Origin: Bacteroidia bacterium
GTDB taxonomy: Bacteria > Bacteroidota > Bacteroidia > 2-12-FULL-35-15
DNA length: 64,000 nucleotides
NCBI GenBank assembly: GCA_020051175.1
Contig: JAGVJJ010000044.1
Coordinates: forward strand, 192,761-256,760
Direction: 5' to 3'
The notes beneath the pieces are model-generated. The model was not told the DNA's origin and did no database searches. It worked only from the letters and a program-made list of their open reading frames with translations. This document shows, piece after piece, positions 1 through 8,841 of the stretch (position 1 is its first letter; each line of letters begins with the position of its first letter). The position numbers and the translations under genes were made by a program.

Positions 1-2
1 TT

Positions 3-458
3 ATGAATAATTTTGTAAAAGGCCTGTGTATCAAAGCTTCTTTTGTCACACTATTTATTTTGTTGTTTGCTGTTTTTTCCTGCAGCCATGAACCTGCAGC
101 AGTAGCAGATAAAAACGTTCAACGGGATACCTTGCAGAGCGATTTTATTTTTTCAACTAAAAATGATTCTGTTATTGATAACGGAGAATACATCAAGTAT
201 TACAAAAACGGGGTCATGGAGATGCGTGGCATGATGAAGAATGGAAAGCGTGATGGTGTATGGAAAAGTTGGTATGAGAGTGGTTTGCCCTGGAGTGAAA
301 CAACATTTAAAGAGGGCGTGAAAAATGGTAAAACTATTACCTGGTATGAGAACGAAACCAAGCGCTATGAAGGTTTTTATACCAATGATAAAGAAAGCGG
401 TAAATGGCTCTTTTGGGATGAGTCCGGTAAGCAGCAATACAGTAAGGATTACAAGTAG
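3..458 (+). CDS. MORN-variant repeat (YwqK-like) lipoprotein
   Basis: Signal peptide with lipobox (LFAVFSC). Tandem ~23-aa repeats follow, with the G-x-W/Y...Y-x-N-G signature (YIKYYKNGVMEMRG, DGVWKSWYESG, NGKTITWYENE, SGKWLFWDESG). Confidence 0.6.
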   Translation: MNNFVKGLCIKASFVTLFILLFAVFSCSHEPAAVADKNVQRDTLQSDFIFSTKNDSVIDNGEYIKYYKNGVMEMRGMMKNGKRDGVWKSWYESGLPWSETTFKEGVKNGKTITWYENETKRYEGFYTNDKESGKWLFWDESGKQQYSKDYK

Positions 459-568
459 TCTGCATTAAATATCCTTTTTTTTAACATACAAACTTCGTCC
501 AATGTGTGTTTTTTGCGCATAAATCCTTAAATAATTTCGTCCATTGTTGCAATTTTAGAAAAAGGTTA

Positions 569-576
569 TATATTTG
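569..576 (+). promoter_or_regulatory. Candidate Bacteroidota -7 box (TATATTTG, fits TAnnTTTG)
   Basis: It matches TAnnTTTG 17 nt upstream of the ATG at 593. TTG triplets lie at 544-549, at roughly -33 spacing. Confidence 0.3.
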
Positions 577-592
577 TTTAATAGCTAAACAA

Positions 593-1078
593 ATGACCAT
601 GAAACAAATTGCACTTTTTTTGTCCGTATTTTGTTTTACAAACTCTTTTTTCGCACAAACATTATCCCCTGAAGTTATATCGTCTGCCGGAACTGAATTT
701 ACCAATGGCTCCAACTCACTGAGTTGGACGCTGGGTGAACCGGTTACATCCACATTAACCAATAATACGGTTGTAACGCAGGGTTTTCACCAGGATAACC
801 TTATAATAAGCGGTATTGATTCACCAAAAGAGCCGGACGGAAGTGGCATTGCCGTTTTTCCAAACCCGGTGAGTGATATTGTTCTGGTTCAAATCAAATC
901 GAATGCTGATGAACAGAATAGTTTAGAGTTGTATGATGCTGATGGTAAGCTACTTTTAACGCATCAGATGACAAGTCAACTGGGAGAGATAAGCATGATG
1001 TCCTACCCAAGCGGAACTTATATTTTAAAAGTCAGAGGCAGCTCATTAAAATCTTACAAGATCATAAAAACGAAATAA
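593..1078 (+). CDS. Small secreted protein with T9SS type-A C-terminal sorting domain
   Basis: The start was trimmed to the ATG at 593 (MTMKQIALFLSVFCFTNSFFAQ signal). The C-terminus (IAVFPNPVSDIVLVQIK...GTYILKVRG...) is typical of a Por/T9SS CTD. The N-terminal motif GEPV...VVTQGFHQ is common in Bacteroidota surface proteins. Confidence 0.65.
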   Translation: MTMKQIALFLSVFCFTNSFFAQTLSPEVISSAGTEFTNGSNSLSWTLGEPVTSTLTNNTVVTQGFHQDNLIISGIDSPKEPDGSGIAVFPNPVSDIVLVQIKSNADEQNSLELYDADGKLLLTHQMTSQLGEISMMSYPSGTYILKVRGSSLKSYKIIKTK

Positions 1079-1102
1079 TCAACCTGTAAACAAATCCGAA
1101 AA

Positions 1103-2728
1103 ATGAAGAACACCTTACTTCTTTTATCTGCTGTTATTTTATTCAGCCTGTCGTTAAGTGCCCAGGTGCCACAGGGGTTTAATTACCAGGCAATCGCCCG
1201 TAATAATTCCGGGGCTGTAATTGCGAACCAAAATATAGGCCTTGAAATTAAATTGCGTCAGACAACTGCTACTGGTACTGTGGTGTATAGTGAAACACAT
1301 TCGGTTACTTCAAGCACTATTGGTTTGCTGAACCTGGTTGTAGGTGGAGGAACAGTTACTACCGGAACGTTCAGTTCTATTGATTGGTCTGCAGGTCCTT
1401 ATTTTATTGAGATTGGCATGGACGTGACAGGGGGGGCCAACTATACTGTAATGGGTACTCAGCAGTTGATGAGTGTTCCGTATGCCTTGTATGCTACTAA
1501 TTCCGGGGCACAAGGTGCTCAAGGTGCAACAGGTGTTACCGGTCCTACGGGCGCTGTTGGCGCTACCGGAGATATTGGTGCTACCGGTGATGCGGGTCCA
1601 ACAGGTGATATGGGAGCTACCGGTACTATGGGTGCAACAGGAGATATTGGTGCTACCGGTGCGGTAGGTACAACTGGTGCCGTAGGGGCAACCGGTGATA
1701 TGGGTGCCACAGGTGCTGTTGGTCCCGTAGGTACTACCGGTGACATTGGAGTAACCGGTTCTACAGGTTCAACCGGTGCTACCGGGCCTGTGGGTGACAA
1801 ATATGCAACCACATCTTCTACAACAATGGATATAGAAGCGGTTTCAACACCCATCTCATTTGTTGTAGAGACAGGTTTGGCTTATTCTATTGGGCAGGAT
1901 GTGATCATTGCATTTTCTTCAACTGAGCAAATGACGGGGACAATAACGGCATACAATTCCACAACTGGTGCAATAGACGTGACAGTTGCTACATCTACCG
2001 GCTCGGGTACCGGTCTTCAGCCCTGGTCAGTAAACTTAAAAGGTGCACCTGGCCCTGCCGGTCCTGCTGGCCCGGTTGGTGCAACGGGAAATAATGGAGC
2101 TATTGGTTCAACAGGTGCAACAGGCACAGTAGGTGTTACTGGTGCAACAGGCGATGTTGGAACTACTGGTGCAACTGGTTCTACAGGTGTTACCGGTCCA
2201 ACAGGTACTATTGGTTCAACTGGAGCTGATGGTGCAGTGGGCGTTACCGGTGCCACTGGTGCTACAGGTGTTGTTGGTGGGACAGGAGCTACTGGTGCAG
2301 TGGGAACCACAGGTGCAACAGGAACGATTGGTGTGACTGGAACAACGGGTAATACAGGGAGTACCGGTCCTACTGGTTCTGTGGGGCCAACAGGTGCCGA
2401 TGCAACATTTGCAGTTCAGTTCAATGTTGTAAACAGTGGTGCTTCTGCATATTTGTTTGATAACTCTGCTGACTATGTTTCGGGTGCTAATTCAAACCCT
2501 ACAATTACATTATACAGAGGCTTTACCTATAAGTTCAACATCAACTCACCGGGTCATCCTTTCCGGATAGCTTCAACACAAGGAGGGGCGCAGTTCAATG
2601 TGGGTGTTTCGAGCAACGATATAAGTTCAGGAACAATTACATTTAAGGTGCCGCAGAATGCACCTTCGCAGTTGTTTTACTATTGTATCTTCCACCCGGG
2701 AATGGCGGGGACGATAAATATTAATTAG
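1103..2728 (+). CDS. Collagen-like triple-helix repeat surface protein with C-terminal cupredoxin-like domain
   Basis: It has a signal peptide and a conserved N-terminal domain ([13 protein letters not shown]...). Two uninterrupted G-X-Y arrays follow (33 and 40 triplets). The C-terminal ~105 aa carry GHPFRI...YYCIFHPGM (H-x42-C-x2-H-x2-M). Confidence 0.8.
   Translation: MKNTLLLLSAVILFSLSLSAQVPQGFNYQAIARNNSGAVIANQNIGLEIKLRQTTATGTVVYSETHSVTSSTIGLLNLVVGGGTVTTGTFSSIDWSAGPYFIEIGMDVTGGANYTVMGTQQLMSVPYALYATNSGAQGAQGATGVTGPTGAVGATGDIGATGDAGPTGDMGATGTMGATGDIGATGAVGTTGAVGATGDMGATGAVGPVGTTGDIGVTGSTGSTGATGPVGDKYATTSSTTMDIEAVSTPISFVVETGLAYSIGQDVIIAFSSTEQMTGTITAYNSTTGAIDVTVATSTGSGTGLQPWSVNLKGAPGPAGPAGPVGATGNNGAIGSTGATGTVGVTGATGDVGTTGATGSTGVTGPTGTIGSTGADGAVGVTGATGATGVVGGTGATGAVGTTGATGTIGVTGTTGNTGSTGPTGSVGPTGADATFAVQFNVVNSGASAYLFDNSADYVSGANSNPTITLYRGFTYKFNINSPGHPFRIASTQGGAQFNVGVSSNDISSGTITFKVPQNAPSQLFYYCIFHPGMAGTININ
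1505..1801 (+). repeat. G-X-Y (collagen-like) coding tandem repeat, 33 triplets
   Basis: The protein reads [28 protein letters not shown]... with Gly at every third residue. The DNA is a 9-nt-periodic GGTGCnACnGG-type repeat. Confidence 0.9.
2042..2401 (+). repeat. G-X-Y (collagen-like) coding tandem repeat, 40 triplets
   Basis: [25 protein letters not shown]...[12 protein letters not shown], with no interruption of the Gly periodicity. Confidence 0.9.
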
Positions 2729-2878
2729 AACGCACATTGTTATTGTATATTTTATTACGCTCTTGCTGAAAAGTGAGGGCGTAATAGTTTTAATAGCCCT
2801 GTATCAAAAGTTGTAACAGAGAAATTAAAGTTAAAGTTGTTCTTATGCTTTCTATTATTTCTTTAATGTGTTGTAATA

Positions 2879-3877
2879 CTAGAAATACCCTCTGTACACT
2901 ATCGCCACTTCTGCACCACCCCTCAAACGGCTTGCTGCTGTTAATTTAGAAATATTAATATCATAACTTGCAGAAAGCATTAGTCCTTTTCTGAATTCAA
3001 ATGCACCCATCACACTGAATGCATCTTTGTAGCGCCATTGTCCGCCTATATAAGCGTTTGGATTGGAATACCGGTGATCGACACGGTTGGTGCGTATCAG
3101 ATCGCCACCACCTTCACCAATTATAAATTTTACAAGACTGCCAATATTCAGCTCGCTGTGAGGGCCTTGTTTGCTGTATAAAATCTGTGGTAAAATGTAT
3201 ACGTATCCGTTCCCTACTTTAAACTGGTTGTTGAGGTGCGCAACCAGCTTATAATACATTTTTTCGTTGCTTGTAAATGATTGTTTGGGTTGATTGGCGT
3301 GGAATATAGCTACACCTAAAGTGTTTCTGAATCTTGTCTGGCTGGGGCTTACGCTATAGTTCCACATAACGCCTGCCGAAACATCCATATAGATATAGGA
3401 ATCTGAATAGTAGGATTCTCCTGAAGCAAGCGATGGATCGTATGTCGTGCCGTTAAACTGGCTGTCCCACTTCAAATCATCTGTTTTAATACTTCTTTGT
3501 CCAACACCATATTGTAAGCCTGCTATAAAGTTATTGCCGCCACCTGCATTCAGGTTGTAAGAAACTAACAGGTTGCCCTGAGTAATTCCTATTTGCGATT
3601 TGCCTGATTTGTCATTGAGAAACGCCATTCCTATTCCCAGTTTTTTCTTAGGAATGTTCATATCAACACCTGCATAAACTGTTTTATAAGGGTTTGAAAT
3701 GCTTTGCCACTGGTTTTTATAGACCGAAGAAAGGCGGTAACGGCCAATAAATACACCTGTTTGTGCCGGATTTACAAGCAAAGGGGCATTCTGAAACTGT
3801 GAGAAATGAATGTCCTGTGCCACTCCGGTGACCAGAGGTACTATGACGAAAAATAGTATGACTTTTAGTCTTTTCAT
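2879..3877 (-). CDS. T9SS membrane protein, PorP/SprF family
   Basis: The N-terminal hallmark QDIHFSQFQNAPLLVNPAQTG follows the signal peptide. It has a beta-barrel-like composition ending in ...VYRGYF, and it sits directly downstream of a type-B CTD cargo gene. Confidence 0.85.
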   Translation of the reverse strand: MKRLKVILFFVIVPLVTGVAQDIHFSQFQNAPLLVNPAQTGVFIGRYRLSSVYKNQWQSISNPYKTVYAGVDMNIPKKKLGIGMAFLNDKSGKSQIGITQGNLLVSYNLNAGGGNNFIAGLQYGVGQRSIKTDDLKWDSQFNGTTYDPSLASGESYYSDSYIYMDVSAGVMWNYSVSPSQTRFRNTLGVAIFHANQPKQSFTSNEKMYYKLVAHLNNQFKVGNGYVYILPQILYSKQGPHSELNIGSLVKFIIGEGGGDLIRTNRVDHRYSNPNAYIGGQWRYKDAFSVMGAFEFRKGLMLSASYDINISKLTAASRLRGGAEVAIVYRGYF

Positions 3878-3890
3878 TCAATAACACGAA

Positions 3891-6800
3891 TTACCTTACC
3901 AGCGTAACATCTCCTTTTTGGTTCTGTGTGGTGCCATCAGCCATGGAAACCTGCAGGTACCATACATATACACCCTGTTCTGCAGGTTTGTTTTTGTAGC
4001 GTCCGTCCCAACCTATGCTTGTATCTGTTGTCTCAAATACTTTTTCTCCCCAGCGGTCATAAATTAAAAAAGTGAATTTTTCTACACTTTTAGCACGTGC
4101 ATAAAGTATATCGTTTAAGCCATCACCATTGGGAGAAAAAATATCCGGAACAAAAATAACTACTGGTGGAAGAACACAAATTTCTTTTGAATATTCGTCC
4201 GGACAACTCCCTGCGTTCTCTACGTGAAGCGTTATTGTATAGTTACCTGGCTCTTCAAATGTGTGCTCTGGGTTTTGTCCTGTAGAATATGGAATTACTG
4301 TGCTGTCGCTCAGCTGCCAGTATCCCTGTGTTGCCCCGAGACTAAGGTCAATAAAGGTTACCGGGTTACTTTCAAAAGGGATGCACGATAAATTGGGATT
4401 TACAGAAAACAGAGCGTTAATAATGCCGTATCCCGGAATGGTAATGGTAGTATCAAAAAAACATCCTGATGCTGTTTCTGTAATTTTAACCGAATAGCTT
4501 GAGCCGGAAAAACCATTGAGGGTGCTGGATGTCTGTGCCGGGGTTGTAGCCCATAAATAGGAATAGTTTCCACTCCCTGCAACGGATGCACTGATAGTCC
4601 CAGGTGAACCATTGCAATTTATTGTGGATGTGCTGAATGATGGATAAAAGCTGGAGTATACAGAAATGGTAATAGAATCTGTAACATCATCGGAGCAGCC
4701 ATCGGAGGTGGTTACATTGTATGTTGTTGTATTTATGGGGCTAACAACATTCACATTGGTAGGGAACAGGCCGTTGCTCCAGGAATAATTGTACGTGGGT
4801 GCTGATGGGTTTCCACCAGTTGTTGTAAGTGTAATGGTTGCTCCGCCTCCTTTGCAGATGGTCATATTATTAGCAGACATTGTGGTTTGTAAAGGAGGAT
4901 ATATTGTTACTGTAAGCGTGTCGGATGTGTAGCAAAGGCCTGTACCGTACGAGTATATTAAATCATGTGTGCCTTCGCCTGCTATAGAGGGATTAAAATT
5001 GTTTCCTGAAATTCCGGCACCGGTCAAAGTTCCGTTTGCTGGTGCCACTGTGATTGGGTAATCATTGTTTTCATAGCAATACTGTGGATTCAAGCCGCTT
5101 ATCTGCGCTGCTACAAATTGGTATACTGTTACTATAATTGTATCTGTGCATCCGTTTGGTGAAGAATAGACAATTGGGAACGTGCCGGTACCACTTATGG
5201 AGGGATCAAATAAACCTGTGGAAGTGTTGATGACACCTGTTCCCTGCCAGCTGGAAGAAATTCCAATAGAGTCGAGAAGGAAAGCAGGGTGTGTTGTACA
5301 AATTGTTGTGTCGGAGTAGCTTAACTGTGAAGGATGCACGAACATAAACAATGTATCTGAGCAGGTGTTTGCAATATATACAAGCGTATGCATTCCGATA
5401 CCTGCTACTGATGGATCAAAATAATAATCGTTTCCCTGCATGCTTATGCCAGGGCCGCTCCATACACCACCTCCTGGATAATTGCGTGTTGTAGACCATT
5501 CAAGCACAATGGGATTGTCATTATCACAAAAGAACAGAGAGTCTTCGATAATGTTTGTAAGCAAGACATAAGATAGTATTGTATCGGTACAACCATTGGT
5601 TGCAGTGTAAACCAATGTGTCTGTAAAGTCGGTAATCCCTTGTACGTTGGGATTAAAATCTCCAGTGCCGTTTAATAATCCGCTGCTTCCGTTGTTGCTG
5701 GTTCCGATACTGTTCCAGACACCGCCTGTAGGGCTTGCTGTTGTTATGCTCTGTTGTGTTTGTACCGGGCAAAAGGAGATGTTGTATCCTGCATCAATTG
5801 GCTTAATATAAATGTGAACAGTGTCTGAACATCCATTGAGTTTATAAATAAAATCGTGCATTCCACTTCCGGCATCTCTAGGGTCGAGTATCCCATAAAT
5901 TGTGTCTGTTAAACCTGCTGTTAAAACCCATCTTCCGCCTGGTGGTGAAACTTGCAGCGTATCAGCTGGCTGTGATTCACAGATACTGTCCGTTACAGGA
6001 CTAATAGCTAAAGGCTGAACATAAACCTGCTTAAAATCAGTACACCCGTTGGGATGTGCATAGGTTACAGTAAAGGTGCCCAATGAATCCGGATTAAATA
6101 ATCCGGCTGGTGTGAGGTCATTGTAACCTGACCATGTGCCTCCCGCAGGAATGAAGCCTGTGAGGTTAAATGCAGCTGAGCCGGGACATGCAGCCTCGTC
6201 AAATCCGGCATCCATAGGTAATACAGTGATTATGATTGTATCCCTGCAGATGCCATTACTGGTATATAAAATGGCATGTGTACCTTGCATTGCAGTGTCG
6301 GGATCAAAAGTCCCCTGCAGTGTATCCGTTATTCCAAGGCCTGTCCAGATGCCACCTGGAGGAAATGCTGTAAGATTGAATGCTATTGCGGACTGACAAA
6401 TGGTATCTTGTGAAAGCGCTGTAATCTGTGGCTCTATAACGGTTATAGTTATACTGGAATTAAATACTGGTCCACCGGAAGTGGACTGTACCCCTAAAGT
6501 ATAGGTAGTAGTTGTGAGAGGACAAACAGTTTGAACCGGAGCATTTGACAAACCATGACTCCATGTGTAATTGTATGCCAGACAGGAATTAAGTACGGCC
6601 TGCAGCTGAACACAACTGCCGGAGCAAACCGTGTCATTTGTTGTTGCTGTAATGTTTACAGTCAGCGGACAATCCGTAACAATGAAAGAATTATTTACAG
6701 TAAATGTCCAGATACTATCGCAGTTGTCCGGTAAATTAATAGTAAAATCAACTGTATAACTACAGTTCTCTACGAGTGGTTGTGCAAGTTGCAGCTGTAT

Positions 6801-7424
6801 GTTTGTGGTGCTGTCTGCGACACAGTTTATTCCTGTTGCTCCACTTACAACAGGGGATGTAGGGCCGCTAATTGTAAATGCAGAGGCGTACAAGGAATCG
6901 CAGCTTATTTTTTTATTTAATTGTATATCAATTGTTGTTGAGTTACAAAGTGGAGCAGGAGCGATAGCAATTGTGGGTGGTACCGGAGGAATTACTGTTG
7001 AAGTCCATTGTGCTACCCAACCCATGTCCTGCAACGCAAAACTTGATTTAAAGTAAATGGTAAGGCAACCATTGGCAACAATGCCTGTTGGTGTATTGTT
7101 ACCTGTATATTTCCCTATAAGTGTATTGTTATCTATCACCGGGCCGTTGTATAAAAAGATAGTATCGAACCCGTTCTCCAGCTGAAATTGCTGAAAGGAC
7201 ATAGCGATTGTTCCTCCAGTGCAAATATGGAAGGTGTCGCTGGCCTGTGCCAGATATGTATTTCCCGGACCAGCATCGCTGTCATGTAATTCGCCTTTGC
7301 AATCGGTAATGGTTACGTTTTGGTGCGAAGGCATTGTAAAAACCGGGAGTTGGGCGCGTAAAGTGAAACACCCAATTATAAAGAGGAATGGCAAACAGTA
7401 TATGAAATTTTTACCTGGTCGCAC
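3891..7424 (-). CDS. Giant adhesin-like protein with T9SS type-B sorting domain (gliding-motility-associated C-terminal domain); CUB-like N-terminal domain plus ~8 Ig-like repeats
   Basis: The C-terminus is PDIFSPNGDGLNDILYA...YDRWGEKVFE...GWDGRYKNKPAEQGVYVWYLQV. An internal repeat recurs about 8 times: GG-x-W-[ST]-G-x-G-[IL]...F[DN]P...AG-x-G-x-H...Y....GC-x-D. Confidence 0.85.
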   Translation of the reverse strand: MRPGKNFIYCLPFLFIIGCFTLRAQLPVFTMPSHQNVTITDCKGELHDSDAGPGNTYLAQASDTFHICTGGTIAMSFQQFQLENGFDTIFLYNGPVIDNNTLIGKYTGNNTPTGIVANGCLTIYFKSSFALQDMGWVAQWTSTVIPPVPPTIAIAPAPLCNSTTIDIQLNKKISCDSLYASAFTISGPTSPVVSGATGINCVADSTTNIQLQLAQPLVENCSYTVDFTINLPDNCDSIWTFTVNNSFIVTDCPLTVNITATTNDTVCSGSCVQLQAVLNSCLAYNYTWSHGLSNAPVQTVCPLTTTTYTLGVQSTSGGPVFNSSITITVIEPQITALSQDTICQSAIAFNLTAFPPGGIWTGLGITDTLQGTFDPDTAMQGTHAILYTSNGICRDTIIITVLPMDAGFDEAACPGSAAFNLTGFIPAGGTWSGYNDLTPAGLFNPDSLGTFTVTYAHPNGCTDFKQVYVQPLAISPVTDSICESQPADTLQVSPPGGRWVLTAGLTDTIYGILDPRDAGSGMHDFIYKLNGCSDTVHIYIKPIDAGYNISFCPVQTQQSITTASPTGGVWNSIGTSNNGSSGLLNGTGDFNPNVQGITDFTDTLVYTATNGCTDTILSYVLLTNIIEDSLFFCDNDNPIVLEWSTTRNYPGGGVWSGPGISMQGNDYYFDPSVAGIGMHTLVYIANTCSDTLFMFVHPSQLSYSDTTICTTHPAFLLDSIGISSSWQGTGVINTSTGLFDPSISGTGTFPIVYSSPNGCTDTIIVTVYQFVAAQISGLNPQYCYENNDYPITVAPANGTLTGAGISGNNFNPSIAGEGTHDLIYSYGTGLCYTSDTLTVTIYPPLQTTMSANNMTICKGGGATITLTTTGGNPSAPTYNYSWSNGLFPTNVNVVSPINTTTYNVTTSDGCSDDVTDSITISVYSSFYPSFSTSTINCNGSPGTISASVAGSGNYSYLWATTPAQTSSTLNGFSGSSYSVKITETASGCFFDTTITIPGYGIINALFSVNPNLSCIPFESNPVTFIDLSLGATQGYWQLSDSTVIPYSTGQNPEHTFEEPGNYTITLHVENAGSCPDEYSKEICVLPPVVIFVPDIFSPNGDGLNDILYARAKSVEKFTFLIYDRWGEKVFETTDTSIGWDGRYKNKPAEQGVYVWYLQVSMADGTTQNQKGDVTLVR

Positions 7425-7435
7425 TTTGATAAGAA

Positions 7436-7873
7436 TTATAATGTATCATGAATTGCAATTGGTGGTGTGGCAATTGTATTGCTCCAGTTGCCAGCGCGGT
7501 CTTTCAGCTTAATGCTTAAAGTAGAGAGTTCTTCGCTGCCATTGCCCAATAAGAACATAGAGTTTAATTTTATTTTTAGCTGACCTTCAATTTTTAATTC
7601 AATATCCAGTGGTGCAAGCGGTTGAATGTGGTACCAGTCCGGATTTGCGAGACGACTGTCTTTTACCTGTAACGAATAGATATCCGGGGAACTGTCGCCA
7701 ATATCACCGTTATTATCTTTATATTTTATTGTTACTTCAATTGAGTCGCTGAATTGTTCTACATTTTCAGGGCTTACACTTACCAGCTCAATAGTTGGTT
7801 CTGGTGGCAGCTCTTTTTTCTTCTTGCATGAAAAAGAGAGTAGTATACAAAGTAGAAAGATTAAATTCTTCAT
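7436..7873 (-). CDS. Hypothetical lipoprotein (Ig-like, beta-rich)
   Basis: Lipobox ILLSFSC followed by KKKKELPPEP. It ends 11 nt upstream of the adhesin start and begins 2 nt after the upstream gene. I recognise no family. Confidence 0.5.
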   Translation of the reverse strand: MKNLIFLLCILLSFSCKKKKELPPEPTIELVSVSPENVEQFSDSIEVTIKYKDNNGDIGDSSPDIYSLQVKDSRLANPDWYHIQPLAPLDIELKIEGQLKIKLNSMFLLGNGSEELSTLSIKLKDRAGNWSNTIATPPIAIHDTL

Positions 7874-7875
7874 TG

Positions 7876-8835
7876 TTATAAAATTTTTAAGGCGAAATAA
7901 CCGGTCATAATTTCATTTGTTCCCGCATTGGGTATTTCGGTGGGTACACCCTGGCTTCCGTCATCTATAAACGCTCGTATATATAAATGTGTTCCTGCCG
8001 GATAACCTGAGGTGCTGAACGTTGCTTTGTGCGTAAACTGTACAGAGCTGCCGGTAAAATCACTGCCGGTTACACCACTTGAAGAATAGACCATGTTTGT
8101 AGCTGACGCAGTATTAAAGCCATCAAGTGATGTAGCTATTTTGCAATTTGTAGATACAAAGCCCGAAGCGGCAGTAGAATCATCTTTTACAGCAAACCAC
8201 AAGTCAACGGTGCTTCCCGCGGGTACTTCAATGGGTACAATATAGCCGCTTGCTCTTGAATAAGGTGTGCTGGTATTCCCTGATGGAAAGGCGAGGAATC
8301 CACTGATTTGAGGCTGTTGGTTGCCGGGGTGAGGGTAATTACCGAACATATCTTTCGCTCCGGCATTGATCCAGTTTTTTATGTTAAGAATGTATTCATC
8401 CTTTCTTCCAGTCCAGTCCGACTGAGGGTCAATTACCAATGGCATTAACCCCGCACCCATAGGTGTGTTTAGCCTGTGAAACAAAATGGACGAATCTGCT
8501 TTGTACGGATGAACCCTGTACCGGAATGCTCCATTACTTGTGTTTATAGGCTTTTGGTAGACAAGTGTATTGTATGCGCTGTTAATAGTTCTGAATTCAG
8601 GAGGGAATGTTCCGTCATGACATCCGGAATTGGCGCATGTGGGTTTAAATATTTTTGCGTGCAGGTAAGCAAAATTGCCCGGGTCAAGATTTGATGCATC
8701 AGGATTTGTTGAAGGGGCCTGCAAAGCCGGGTCATCGTATGGGTTAATAAATTTATCTTTTTTGCAGGATGCAATAAGTATAAACCCTGCAAGGATGCAG
8801 GGCACATAAATGGAATTATTTTTTTTATAATTCAT
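7876..8835 (-). CDS. Lipoprotein with planctomycete-type cytochrome-c-like (PSCyt-like) N-terminal domain, non-canonical C-x4-CH
   Basis: Lipobox ILIASC. The motif chain is IFKPTCANSGCHDG ... SSILFHRL ... GAGLMP ... IKNWINAGAKD, which follows the order of conserved positions I recall for PSCyt domains. The C-terminal half is beta-rich. Confidence 0.5.
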   Translation of the reverse strand: MNYKKNNSIYVPCILAGFILIASCKKDKFINPYDDPALQAPSTNPDASNLDPGNFAYLHAKIFKPTCANSGCHDGTFPPEFRTINSAYNTLVYQKPINTSNGAFRYRVHPYKADSSILFHRLNTPMGAGLMPLVIDPQSDWTGRKDEYILNIKNWINAGAKDMFGNYPHPGNQQPQISGFLAFPSGNTSTPYSRASGYIVPIEVPAGSTVDLWFAVKDDSTAASGFVSTNCKIATSLDGFNTASATNMVYSSSGVTGSDFTGSSVQFTHKATFSTSGYPAGTHLYIRAFIDDGSQGVPTEIPNAGTNEIMTGYFALKIL

Positions 8836-8841
8836 GTCAAA

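Noticed and set aside
1519-2310. Minus-strand ORFs 1519-1854 and 2017-2310 (Pro/Val/Ala-rich, PVAPxSPV repeats) and the plus-strand off-frame ORFs 1473-1667 and 2133-2336
   Set aside because: They are mirror or off-frame readings of the G-X-Y coding repeat. They have no start context, no signal peptide, and a composition dictated by the GGT GCn ACn periodicity.
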